Shown here: one piece after another, positions 1 through 11,796 of the stretch
How the letters are laid out: each line of letters begins with the position of its first letter
Numbering within the stretch: position 1 is the first letter of the stretch
Assembly: GCF_018350175.1 (NCBI RefSeq)
Contig: NC_058382.1
Coordinates: forward strand, 59,708,001-59,772,000
Length of the DNA stretch: 64,000 bases
Direction: 5' to 3'
Origin: Felis catus
Taxonomy: Eukaryota
Program-made: the position numbers and the translations under genes
The notes under the pieces: generated by a model
Told to the model about the DNA's origin: nothing
What the model saw: only the letters and a program-made list of their open reading frames with translations
Database searches by the model: none

Positions 1-169
1 ATTGGCTCCTTGGCACTGAGACTTCCTCTTTCTTACGCAGGGACAGCTTTCCACGTGGACATCTGTACGCAACTCTCAGAACCATCCCTGGCTGTGAAAT
101 ACGGTAAGGCCATGCCAGCGTGTCCCAAGGGAAGTTCAGTCCTGTTGGCACACGTCTGTTGGCACCTTA

Positions 170-290
170 ATTAAACTATAAGCTCCCTGAGAATAGGGAC
201 CGACCGGTCTGATAAGTTTTTGTCATTTTGAGTTTCCAGCTCTAGATGGATGCCTTGTATACAGAAGGCACTCGCTAAGTGTTTGCTGAT
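170..290. mobile_element. L2 LINE 3' end remnant
   Basis: actataagctccctgagaataggga...aggcactcgctaagtgtttgctga resembles the conserved L2 3' terminus. Confidence 0.55.
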
Positions 291-693
291 GGTCGTTGCG
301 ACTTCCCAAATAAGTTTTTGCAATGCTGCTTCTAGAGCTCTGCCTTTTCCTCTGTAGAGATTGTGGTACCGTGCTGATTTCTCCAGTGAGTACAGAATCT
401 TGTCTATCAGGGATGATTTATTATGTGTAATTATGTTTCTGACCCTTGCAGAGTGGAATTTTTTCCCAAAATATTGGTACTATTTCCTTGTAACATAGCC
501 TGAATCCCAGGACAGGAAAGACTTGATCCGAAGAGAATGTGGTGGTCATGTGAGGTTAACTTCTTCATCAGCAGATGAAAAAGGAGATAAAGGGACCATC
601 AGGGGTCATCCAGCCAGTTCACTTATCAACCTGCCTTTGGAGGCTGATTCCTAACATAGAAAATAGTTGGTATGATTCACAACTTCTTCAGAT

Positions 694-898
694 GTTTTTA
701 ATGTTTTTTATTTTTGAGAGAAAGAGACAGAGGGTGAGTGGGGGAGAGGGAGAGAGAGAGGGAGACACAGAATCCGAAACAGGCTCCAGGCTCCAAGCTG
801 ACAGCACAGAGCCCGACGTGGGGCTCGAACCCGCTGACCGTGAGATCGTGACCTGAGCTGAAGTCGGACGCTTAACCGACTGAGCCACCTGGGTGCCC
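694..898 (-). mobile_element. CAN-SINE (SINEC, felid type)
   Basis: Reverse complement has the GGGCACC..GTGGCTCAGTCGGTTAAGCG tRNA-like head, a (CT)n tract and an A-rich tail. Imperfect TSD acaacttcttcagat / acaaagtcttcagat. Confidence 0.95.
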
Positions 899-1029
899 AA
901 CAAAGTCTTCAGATTTTGGATCAACTGTGTTTGGCCAAGTTTTTCTGTATTAAATGTATGATAACATTTTACGATAACGTGTTCTCGATAATGTGATGTT
1001 ATCCATGTAACCTGCTAACTAGCAGGTCA

Positions 1030-1470
1030 GAAAATCCTGAGACATGAAGGATCCAGAATTGGTTCATGCACTGTCTCGTGGACACCACTGAGGACCCAGC
1101 CTCTTTCTGTCTATACATTGCGCCCTCCTCAGGGTGTTAGCCTTGACCTTAGGCTGGTTCTCCTCAGGCTAACAAGTGCCTGCAGCTGTTCCAGGCATCA
1201 CATCCAGCTTCCAACAGAAGGAGAAAGATTATCTTTCTTTGCGTATCAAGTTTAAGGGGGAAAAAAGTCTTTCACTGAAGCCCCTCTGCTCATTGGCTAG
1301 GTTGTGTCATATATCCACTGAAACTAACCACAGACAAGAGGGCTGGAGTCCTCGTAATGGCCCTTGATCAATCAAGATATGCCTTCTGGGACTGGAGCCT
1401 GCCTCTCCTGAAGCCCATACATGTACAGAGTGTGTAGAAACTGAACAAAATCAGGGGTCTCTTTGCAGAT
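1030..1470. mobile_element. Old MaLR LTR (MLT1-type) remnant
   Basis: Motifs such as aggacccag..tctttct, gcagctgttccaggcatcacatcc and ctcattggctaggttgtgtcat are typical of old MLT1 LTRs. Confidence 0.5.
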
Positions 1471-4394
1471 GAGGATGGTGAGGCTCAGGTCACCTGTGGT
1501 ACACTCTAACTGAGATCTGTCCGACCCCAATTATGTCTCCAACGGACCACACTGCCACGTTACGTGAGGTTGTTGTCACCCTTTATCATAAACGCACTGG
1601 GCATCACCTTCCACTAGAGCCAGCTTTTGATCAGGTACGTGCTCCGTAATCAGCCATTTCACAGCTGGGCAGATACAGCCAGGCCAGGTTCCCGCATTGT
1701 CCGGAGGCCAGGTCTGCCGGGTTAATCTCCTCGTCGCCGGGAAGGACTCCGCAGCCCCTGAGTGCACTTTCTCCCTTCCCGGCCACCCCGCGGCTAGTTC
1801 TCCGGGAGCGAGGGAGGGGACGTGTTGCTTCCCAGTCCCGTCAGCCTCTCTGGAAAGTTGGCTGAGAGGCGAGGTTGGAGGGGCCGTCTGTAGTGGGCGG
1901 GGGCACCCCTGGACTGGTTCACCCATCGCTGGCCCGTCGCCACAGATAACTGAGGGGTCACACCTCCACGACAACCTTCTCACCCTCTGGCTCACGTGCG
2001 TGCACACAGCACCGTGCGTCACCAGCACGGGCACGGGCCCGTGTGCTGCCCCAGTCCTGCGGCGACCGTGCCGGCACCCCCTTGGCTGTGTCCGGGCTCA
2101 TTAACAGTCGGCTGTGTCGGAAACGAGAACAAGCTGGAAGAGCCCGGAGACGCGGAGCCGTGGTTCTTGGCTGTGTGGCCCCAGGCGCCCCACTCGGTCT
2201 CCCCGCACCTCACGTTTCCGATCTGCATGGTGGGCTGCCGTGTGGCTCGGGGACCGTGGGTACGGCGGCGTGTGTGTGGCCGGCACCCGTGAGCAGTGGC
2301 CGTTTCTCACAGCCGTCGGGGTGTAGCCGTGGCAGGTTCGGATGGAGCGAAGTAACCTCCTGGTGGCCGCCTGACCTCTTGACGCTCTCTGAAAGGAGAG
2401 CCTACGCTTTCCTGTGGGGGTGGCCTTCCAAGTCTGTGGGCTCGCGCTTGCTTTGTGTGGGGAAACAGGGAAAGCAGCCTCAAATGTTTGCTTCTGGGCG
2501 GGTGCCTTAGCTTCCCGTGGCTGCCATAACAAATGCCCACGAACTCGGTGGCTTGAGACGACACACGTTTTTATCTCGCTGTCCTGGAGGCCCAAAGTCG
2601 GACACGAGTCTTACAAGTTTAAAACTGGGGTGGGACTGGAGCTCCCAGTAGCCAGAACTGCTGGGGGGGGGGGGGACAGGTCTGGCTCCCCCACCGTGCA
2701 CAGAGTCCTGGTCCTGCGTGCACAGGGCCGCTACAGGGAAAACGCAGCCCCGGGTTCTTCTCCCCTTGGAGGCTGCGGTAGGAGGTGGAGACCGGCACCC
2801 TTCCCTCGCCTTCCCCTAAAGACTGCACTGACGCAGGGGTGCAGGGTGGAAGTGAATGTGTTTGGACAGTCGACAAAGACTCTTATCAAAGGCCTTCAAG
2901 GAGAGCTTGGCCCCCCTGAATGTATCCACCACATTTTGCGTGAAAAGCCGACGTGCACTTTTTAAGGCGGAGTTTCTGGCTTCCACAGCATTCCTGCGGG
3001 GGTCTGAGATCCGAGGGACATTGAAGAGTTGGGAGAGCAGCGTTCGGAGCCCAGGCTGCGTTCTGGCTGTGAGGCTGTCCCTTCACGTGTCTGAGCCTCA
3101 GCTTTGCCAGCCTGGACAATGGGACAGCCCTGCTCACTGGCGTTGTCGCCGTGGAGACACAGCCTGGCGCCTCGAGGAGCTCCGCGGCTGGCGGCGAGGC
3201 CCAGTACCAGCGACACTGGGATTTTCTGTCTGCATCCTTCTCCCCGGGGCTGCACCGGCCGCCCTGCGTTCCCGGCCACCAGCTTCCCCAGCAGCCTTTC
3301 TGTTTGTTTGGAACAGTTTCTCGGGGTCTCCTAGAGAGAAGATTCTCAGCTGAGTTCCGGCAAATGGACACGCTACCCCACCCCCTGCTTGGAGGGATCC
3401 CAGAAGCTCCCTTGGCTGCCCAGCGAAGAAGAAGAAATGATGTCAGGAGTGTTTCTCTTTTGAGGAAGCTGGAGACTCCTTTCAGCAGGACGAGAAGACA
3501 CTATCAAGGGGATGTAGGGGGGCTTGCCAAAGCATCCTTGCACGGTGCTGTGGAAACATCCGTTTCCTCTGTCTGCCTGGAGAGGGGCTGGGTCAGCTGG
3601 GCTGGTGGTCTCAGTCTTGGTTCTCTCAGCCTGATTGTGCTCATTTATGTCACAAAACACACACGTGGCTCAGGACCAAGGGGGCTGGGAGCCCCAGCTC
3701 TAGACTTTGGGTAGACACGAGGGGCCCTTTCTGGGCTCCACATCAAGGCTTCCCCTCCTGGCGAGCACAGAGGTGGCGCTGTCCTTCGATGCCCTGTGGC
3801 ACTGACAAGGAGGGCCCATGGTGAGCTTAGTGTCCACAGAAGACGCTGAAGGGCCTCCGCTCTGGAATCGTGTGACCGGAGCTTGAATCCGGGCTCCATC
3901 GCGTAGAGGCTGTGCGGCCTCAGGAAAACTGCCCAGTCGGAGTCTCGGTTTCCCAACCAGCAGAATGGTGGTGGCAAGGTTCCTGCCTCCACAGGTGGTG
4001 GTGAGAGCAGAAAGGGTCCCCGTTGGAGGGCGTTCAGCGCAGGTGACTCCGGACACACGGAGGGGAGATGGGAAGCAGGAGCCACCGCTATTTCAGTCAC
4101 CTGACTATGAAATCGAAAGATCAGAAAATACAGAAAACATCAAGGGAGAAGAAACCCCAAAGTGTTCATAGCCCCAGTCCCCGGAGACACACGCTGCTAG
4201 CTTTCGTTAGGTGTCCTTCCAGCCTGTTTCTACGTGTGCGTGTGTGTTTCGTGGGCTCAGATCACTGCTGAATGAGCACAGCCTGTGTCTGTGTACGCGT
4301 GCTAGTTTTTCTTAAGACCCGGCATGATGTTGCTTAACCCACTTCTTTTCAACTTAAAAATGTGTCAAGACCATTTCCTGTAAATCATTACATT

Positions 4395-4600
4395 TTACCA
4401 TGTTGCATATTTTCCCACACTTTGATGTTTCTGAAATAGGGATGTGTTTTAGAATCGTTGTCAAAAGAAACATCCCAGCTACTTCTCTCTTTTTCTCCCC
4501 TGAAGGGGGTTATGAAATAGGCGATCCGTGTGACAAATGACAGCGTCTCAGCCTCCAAAAAGCATGGCGTTCTGAAAGATGCCTTCGTACGGGCCACGTG
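4395..4600 (+). mobile_element. TcMar-Tc2 (Kanga/MER104-like) DNA transposon end remnant
   Basis: gcatattttcccacactttgatgtttctgaaatagggatgtgttttagaatcg resembles the MER104/Kanga terminal sequence (..ctctgaaatcgggatgcgtcttacaatcg). Confidence 0.5.
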
Positions 4601-7189
4601 GTTCTCTTTGGTGCCTTTGCCATAATTAACTTAATTGACCTCCAGTTTTGGGCATTTTAGCTCCTTCTGGTTTCCTGCTATTATCGACAATGCTGCAAAA
4701 GAAAACGTATGGCAGGAAATCCATTCACGTGGGTCACTGACCCTACAGGGCAGAAGCTGGATGGAGAGGTCAAGGTCACAGCCAGCCTCCAGTGACCTTC
4801 TAGGGAGGAAGGTCGGAGACGAGTGGCTGCTTCGTGGCCGGGGTGCGGAGAGGCCCCGGGTCAGAGGGGTGATGCCCCGCGCAGCAGTCCCGTTGACTCG
4901 CCGCGATGGCTTTGGGCTGGGGCTTTCCCTTCCCCACGCGGAACAGAAGGCTCAGAGAGAGGCCCCTTGTCAGCGCCAGGCACAGCTCGCTCAGAGTCCA
5001 CGTGCTCCGAGGCAAGAGAGGAGAGGCTTTCTCCTTTTCTGGAGTTCCGTCTCATGCCTACGTTTTGGGTAGGATGCTATTTTTAAGTGCCTGGCACAGT
5101 GGATTTGTACACCCCAGGGGAGGAGGGGGACTCGACGCAGGGCAGGGCTGGGCGGGCAGCAGGCATGGGCGCGGGCAGGGGGGCTGCATTTGCTCTGCTC
5201 TAACAATGAGCCGCGGCGGCTGTCACACCCACAGCCGGCATTAATCACTTCCTGCCTTGCCTTCCCCAGCAGCTCTGACACAGGAGGCCACGCCCCGCTT
5301 CTGGAAAGCGCCCCACTCAGACTGTGAGGGTGCTTCCAGGCCACACTTCCTCCGTCGGGTCTGTGCCCCTCCCCCCCACGTGTCCCTTTTGCCTGGCTCT
5401 GGAGACTGCATGGGCTCCGGCCACCACCACAAGCGGGTAAAGCGTTTTGTAGGCTTTGAGGCGAGGCTGCACCCGTTCGGAACGTTGGTGGTTGTGTGGG
5501 GCAGGCCACGCGGGGCTGGGCGTGATGCCCAGCTGGGTCAGTCTGTCACCCAGGGTTTTGGGGTTGCAAGCAACAGAAATCGACTCTTGCTGGCCGGGGT
5601 TCAGGAGAAGGGGTTACTGGGTGGAGATGGGCTAGTTTACAGAACAGAAAGGGAAGGTGGATAACGGATTAAGGCTCAGACAGGAGCCGCGCGGCGCCCA
5701 GGATCCAGGAGTGGGATCAACAACCGCCTGGGGGGAGAGGAGGTCAGGGTGCTGCGCGGGCCCGTTTGCTCCATTTTGCACACGAGCGACTGAGAGCTGG
5801 AAAGGAAGGGACTTGCACAGGGCCAGGTGGCTCGCTGGAGGCGCAGCCAGTCCTGTGTAGCGGGACCAGGTCCATGAAGACGAGGGCTCCCGCCAGGGCC
5901 CACCCTGGAAAGCTCGCGGGTGTCACAGCAGGAGCTCCTATCCTGGGGCTCCTTCACCTCCCAGATCTTGACCCCTCAGGCCACACATTGCTTATTTTGG
6001 ATTGGCAGGCAGCCCACGCCCGAGGCGGAAGGAGGGGGGGTGCTCAGGCAGGACCGGGGTGTGACTCACTTCTGTCTGCCCAGCCAAGTACCAAACAGAG
6101 AGGCTGGCAAGCAGGAGCCAGTCCACAGCCACTAACCGGCAACCGAAACCCTGCTCAGAGTGGCCAGGCCTCGACTTACACAGAGGTCACCAAAGGATGG
6201 CCTTGGCAGGACGCCAGTCCTTGCCTCTCTGCTGACCACCCGCGAGCCCAGTCGCCAGCATCTGCTGCCGTGATGGGCCCCTCCCCTCCTTGTTCTGGCC
6301 ACGGGACAGGCTCGCTGGCCTTCCCTCCCCACACAGAGTCAAGCATGTGGTCCACCTCGCCTAGAAGGCCCTGTCCCGGTTTCCTCCCAGCCCCACCAGC
6401 TTGGCATGAAAGAATTCGGGCTCCGCAGTCAGAAAACCACATGTCTGTCTTCACAGCTTCCTGGTGTGGATCTTGGGCAAGTTGTGTGGCTTCTCTCTGC
6501 CTCAGTTTCCTCCTTTGTAACACGAGCCCCCCCCCCCCCCCCTGCAGGATTCCTGTAAAGATTGGGAGTAAGGTGGGCGAACACCAGTGCTTGGCACAGG
6601 ATAGACGCCGGCTACAGTGCTGTCACTCTCCGCCCGGGGCCTGGCATCTCCCTGCAGGACCGACCAGCCTGGAGGAATGTTCCAGGCCCCAGGGTTGCTC
6701 TCTCTTGTGCTGACAGTCACCTTGATCTGGGTCATTTGGATAGCACTTTCCAGATGCTAGCCTGCATTGCATTCGTGGCAAAAGGGAACATTTTGGCTGC
6801 TTAAACCCAAGCCAAACAAAAAAACTGACTGTCATCATTCTTGCCCTCTAAAGGGAGTGGCAAATTCGTACTGGGGATGCTGGCCTGGGGACTTTGGTTA
6901 GCCAAGAGCAGAGGAAAACATGTCATTTCAAAGCACCAGCTAGTCCTTCATGCTGCTGACGGCTGGAGTCCTGCCTTAGCCAAGCATTTTAGTGCTTCCT
7001 GTCTGTATGTTACTCGGTACTCTCTTGGCTGCAAATGATGGAGATTCAGTGTGAATCTCTAAAGCAAAAATAATGTTCATTGGCTCACTGACTGGAAAAG
7101 ACAATCTCCCCGTGAGTCAAGCTTCAGGTACAGCTGGATCCAGGGGCTCTCCTTCTCTCTGCTCTGCTTTGCTCCGTGTCGGCCTCGTT

Positions 7190-7950
7190 TTGTAGATACC
7201 CAGGCACTCATCCCATCCCACATGCCCTCATAAGATGTGACATTAAGGGCCCCCAGGTGGCTCAGTGGGTTAAGCAGTTAAGCGTCCAACTTCAGCTCAG
7301 GTCATGATCTCACAGTTTGTGAGTACAAGCCTCGCGTCGGGCTCTCTGCTGTCAGCATGGAGCCTGCTTGGGATTCTCTGTCTCCCTCTCTCTCTGCCCC
7401 TCCCCTGCTCACTCTCTGTCTCATTCTCTCTCTCAAAAATAAATAAACATTTAAAAAATAAGTAAAATAAAATGTGACGTTAACACACTTCCAGCAGGAG
7501 GTAGGGTTTATAGTCCCTCCTCTTGACCTTGAACTTCCCTTTGAATTTCCACAACCAGTAGAAAGTGGTGGAAGTTACATATGATTCCGGAGACTAGGTC
7601 TTAAGAGGCATGCAGCTTCCAGCTGGCTTGCTCTCTTTGGGGACACTCGCCCTTGGCAAGCAGCAACCATGCTGTACGGAAGCCTGTACCAGGCTGGCTT
7701 TCGAGGGGAGACCACAGAAAGATGCCCGTGTGGAAAGGACCTGAGGGCCCCGCCGACAGGAGCTAGGCTGGGCCTGCAGTTAACTCCGGACTCCAGCTTT
7801 TGAGACTTGCAGTAGAGGCCCCGGACGTTGTGGAGAAGCAAGGTCCACACCGTGTTTAGTCTTGACCCACCAAATCCATAAGTGTAGTAAACGGTTGACT
7901 TCTGTCAGTAGGTTTGGGGTATTTTGTTGCATCGCCGTAGCAGCTGCAGT
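7190..7950 (+). mobile_element. MaLR LTR (MLT1-type), interrupted by a CAN-SINE
   Basis: ggtcttaagaggcatgcagcttcc, gcaaccatgctgt..gaagcc and the 3' end tttggggtattttgttgcat..gtag are MLT1 hallmarks. Confidence 0.6.
7247..7467 (+). mobile_element. CAN-SINE
   Basis: Head, (CT)n tract and aaataaataaa tail; TSD taagatgtgacattaa / taaaatgtgacgttaa; small internal duplication gttaagcagttaagc. Confidence 0.95.
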
Positions 7951-8769
7951 AGATTTCATGATCCCTACAGCTCAAACTCTCAGCTGAGGAGTGCCGGATC
8001 TGCCCTCCGCCAACACCCAGCATCCGTCCGTAGTCAAGATGCAGATTAATTCCGCTCGGGCGTGAGTCTTCTCTCTATGTGGTTGTCGTGGCCGGAGGGG
8101 TGAGGAGTCCCGGCTGCTTAGGCTCAGTCGCGAGCCACGCTCCGGCCTGGCGAAGGATGGGTACGAAGACGGCCTGGTCAGGACCACCGGGAGTGGGCCA
8201 GCGGTGGCTCAGGAAGGAAAATTGGGATGCGGCCATTGGATGAAACAGGGAACCGTTCTGGAATATACAGGCAGGTCCGCAGCTCCCTTATGAATTGCTC
8301 TCCCTACCAAGAAAGCGATTTCTTTGTTAAGGTGTATGTGGCGGGTCGCTGGGGAGAGGAACCCAGAAAAAACAGAGTTTTTCCTACCATACTTTGGTAG
8401 GATTTGGAGAAAGCAGAATACCAAGATATGCAGACTGATACCCGAGGTACCTGTGTCTCACCTGTGCGAGGACCTGACTTTTCTCCAGGGCCTGCTCTGT
8501 GCTTAGCATTGTGTTTGGTGTTTTGTCTACACGCTCACTTAGTGAGCACGAAACTCCTGGAGGGCCAGGACTGAGCCTCCAGGACAGCAGCTGGCATGTA
8601 ATGGCCTGTAGTAATTAGGATTGCCTCTTGGCTGCTAGAATGGGGGCCAAAATAGCGGCGGTTTAAACAAGGGAGAAGTTTTTTCCTTTCACAACTGCCC
8701 AAGACGAAACAATTCAGGCTAATATGACACTCTAGGCTCTCTCTTATGTTTTTATCTTGTTGCTCTGTC

Positions 8770-8872
8770 GGGGCAACTGGCTGGCTCAGTCTGTAGAGCA
8801 TGCAACGCTTGATCTCAGGGTTGTGACTTCGAGCCCCACATCGGGTGTGGAGATCACTTAAAAATAAAATCT
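8770..8872 (+). mobile_element. Short tRNA-like carnivore SINE (head plus A tail, no CT tract)
   Basis: ggctggctcagtctgtagagcatgcaacgcttgatctcagggttgtgacttcgagcccca has A/B-box-like motifs, followed by taaaaataaaatct. Confidence 0.8.
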
Positions 8873-8874
8873 CA

Positions 8875-9040
8875 GGGGCATCCGGGTGGCTCAGTCGGAG
8901 AAGCGTCCGACCTCAGCTCAGGTCATGATCTCGCGGTCAGTGAGTTCAGGCCCTGCATCAGACTCTGTGCTGATGGCTCAGAGCCTGGAGCTGCTTCGGA
9001 TTCTGCATCTCCCTGTCTCTCTGCCCCTCCCCCGCTCGCA

Positions 9041-9080
<40 letters not shown>

Positions 9081-9110
9081 ACTAAATGAACATTAAAAAA
9101 ATTTTTTTAA
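8875..9110 (+). mobile_element. CAN-SINE inserted in the tail of the short SINE
   Basis: gggtggctcagtcgg head, long (CT)n tract, A-rich tail. Confidence 0.93.
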
Positions 9111-9640
9111 ATAAAATATTAAAAAATAAAAATCATTATCTTGTTTCTCTGCCAACCCCAATATGTAGTTTCTATGCTGAGATCTAAGACAGCTGCTCCA
9201 GCTCCTGCCAGTGCGCCTGCATTCCAGCCAGGGCAAAGAGGGAAGAAACAGGAGGTAAAAGGCACCCCCTCTTCCTTGTAAGGACAAGGTCCAGAAGGTT
9301 TACTCATGTCTTCTGCTTATATCCCATTGGCCGGAACTTAGTCACATGGCCCCAGCTAGCTGCTAGGGAGGCTGGGAAATGTAGTTCTTAGCCAGTGACC
9401 ATGAGCCCACTGAAACTCAAGGTTTGTAGTGCTAAAGAAGAGAGAGAATGGATACTGAGTGATAGCCAGGAGACTCAGCCTAAGACACTCAGAGCTGTAG
9501 AGTTGGTAGTATTCCCTGTGGGAGATGCAGTGTGGCCGGAGAGCCGACCTTCCAACGGCTTTCATCTTGGCTCTGCTGTTTACTAGTGGTGTGACCTTAG
9601 TCACGATTGTCTCAGCCCTAAAGTAGGGGCGACAATAATA

Positions 9641-10081
9641 CCACGTTTCATTGATTTGAGGATTCATGTATTAATGTCTCTAAAATGGGGGGGCGCCTGG
9701 GTGGCGCAGTCGGTTGAGCGTCCGACTTCAGCCAGGTCACGATCTCGCGGTCCGTGGGTTCGAGCCCCGCGTCGGGCTCTGGGCTGATGGCTCAGAGCCT
9801 GGAGCCTGTTTCCGATTCTGTGTCTCCCTCTCTCTCTCTGCCCCTCCCCCGTTGATGCTCTGTCTCTCTCTGTCCCAAAAATAAATAAAAAACGTTGGAA
9901 AGAAAAAAAATTTTAAATGGGGATGCGTTTGCAACTGAGGACATGTTGAACTGGCCGTGTCTTTCATTCGAAAGAGTATAGAACAGAACAGTGTGTCTTA
10001 CAACTTACAGGTGTCTTGTTTTGAGGATAAAATATAGAATATACATATCTACTTATTAATAGAATTATCAATCAAATACGG
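9641..10081 (+). mobile_element. MER104-like non-autonomous Tc2 element, interrupted by a young SINE
   Basis: Degenerate TIRs ccacgtttcattga (9641, preceded by TA) and tcaatcaaatacgg (ending 10081); internal aaatggggatgcgttt and tgtgtcttacaa motifs. Confidence 0.55.
9691..9912 (+). mobile_element. Young felid CAN-SINE
   Basis: Diagnostic gtggcgcagtcgg, ttcagccaggtcacgatctcgcggtccgtg and gtttccgattc; CpGs intact; TSD around aaatgggg. Confidence 0.96.
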
Positions 10082-10659
10082 ATGTCAGTATTCATAGTTT
10101 TCACCGATCAGCGCCAGGATCATGGTAAGAATGCAGTAAATGCCAGCCTCTGTTGCCGTCAAGGATCCCCCGTGGGGAGACGGAAGGGGCTCAACCAGCC
10201 GGGGCTGACGTAACACCCAGGGCTCAGGGAATCAGCTTTAGCACCCATCTTCCAGCAAGGCACGAGGCCGGCAGGTCCTTCCTCCACCCCACACGCCCCT
10301 CGTGTTCTCAAATTCAACTTTGCAGTTGATGGCTAGGTGGAGGGGACAGGGACCAGCCTACTTATTATCTTAGTCTCTCGGGCTGCCACCATAAAATACC
10401 ACGAACTGAGGCGGGGAGTGCTTATAAACACCACATGTGTTTCCCCTAGTTATGGAGGCAGAGTGCGGCATGGTGGGGCCCTGGTGACCTCACGGGAGGG
10501 GGGGGGCAGAGCTGGGGCAGCGGGCCCCCTGCTGACTCCTTCCTGAAGGCCCGCCTCCTCACACCGTCACATGGGGGGTGGGGTTTTGACATAAGAGTTG
10601 GGAGAGACACACACATGCAGTCCGTGATACTTACCTTCCTGGTTTAACAGCCTGAGCCC

Positions 10660-11065
10660 TGGATGGGTTTCCTGTGGCTGCCACACAAGTTGCCACCAGC
10701 TGGAGGGCTTCAGACAATAGCAATGTATTTTCCTGGTCCTAGAGGCTGGGGTCTGAAATCACCGTATGGACAGGGCCGGGCTCCCACACGAGGCATCAGG
10801 GGTGTGTCCTTCCTGCTTCTTCCAGCTCCTGGGGCTCCAGGCGTCCCTGGGCTGGTGGCCGCGTCTCTCCAATTTCTGCCTCTGTTGCCACCTGGCCTCC
10901 ACTCTGTGTCTGTGTCCTATCCTCTTTTTACAAGACGAGGGCCCGCTTTAGGGCACACCCCGATCCAGCCTAACTCTACACCTGCAAATACCCTGTTTCC
11001 AAAGAAGGCTACATTCTGAGGTCTCAGGGAGAGGCGGATGTTGGGGGGCGCTATTCAACACAGGG
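10660..11065 (-). mobile_element. MaLR LTR (MLT1B/C-like)
   Basis: tttcctgtggctgcc..aagttgccac, cttcttccagctcctggggctcc, tctacacctgcaaataccctgtttccaaagaagg..acattctgaggt. Confidence 0.75.
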
Positions 11066-11796
11066 TATCCCCTCACTGCAGTCTGTCCCCCGCCTGGCTT
11101 CGGTCGATTCCGCTCTTCACCTCCTCATTTTTGCTTTTTTCCCCGCTCCCTGCCACATCTGCCGGTTCCGCGTGGCATCCCTGACACCGGCCGTTGAGAA
11201 CATTCTGTTCCACGCAGATGGGAAAGGCGGTACCCAAGCCGTTGTGCTAGCTGCCGCTAAAACATAATAAGCTTGAGAAGAGATGAGGGGAGATAAGCCT
11301 GAGAGAAATAATTAATAGGAAGGAATGTCACATGGCATGAACTCACTCAAGCACAGCAAAATTTGTCACCAAAGATTGCCTTGGAGCTCTATTTTTTATT
11401 TTATTTTGCTCTTTCAGTAAACATTCCAGTAAAGCACCGACTTGTCCAAGCACAAAGAAATGGCATAAGAAAGATTCTGAGTTTGGGGTGTTGGCTTTTT
11501 TCTTTCTTGGGGCGAAAAGCCAATAGACGAGTCAAATGGGCTGTGAGCACAGGTTGCAGATGGGGTGGGTGGTTTTCAGCCAGGGGACGGAAGACAGCCA
11601 GCCTCTCAGAGTCCACGAGGGCAGTTAATTGAAGTCAGCTTCTGGGTGCACTTGGGCCACTGTGATGCGGTGATGTTTTTGGAGATGTTTAAAAAGCACC
11701 AGGCACTTGGTTTTATTAGAATTCTGGAAAAAGTGTTCTGAGGTCAGGTTTAATTATTTAAAAGCTGGAAGGGATCTGAAGAAATCAGACATAGCT

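Larger units (their letters stand above)
8610..9470. mobile_element. MaLR LTR (MLT1-type) hosting two nested SINEs
   Basis: gcggtttaaacaag..gaagttt, ttctgcttatatcccattggccggaacttagtcacatggcc and ggaggctgggaaatgtagtt are typical MLT1 segments. Confidence 0.65.

Noticed and set aside
575..924. Recurrent ORF peptides such as AQSVKRPTSAQV and EREGDTESETGSRL
   Set aside because: Translations of CAN-SINE copies, not a gene family.
5766..6713. 315-aa plus-strand ORF, the longest outside simple repeats
   Set aside because: Non-ATG start, low-information P/A/G/S/C composition, runs through a MIR-like segment and a poly-C run, no recognisable domain. Expected by chance at this GC content.
8770..8872. 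Possible tRNA gene (similar sequence at 14724-14823)
   Set aside because: Degenerate stems, A-rich tails and (at 8770) a TSD indicate tRNA-derived SINEs, not functional tRNAs.
11390..11485. Strong plus-strand acceptor ttattttgctctttcag
   Set aside because: No convincing downstream donor or recognisable peptide; kept only as part of a possible conserved non-coding block.
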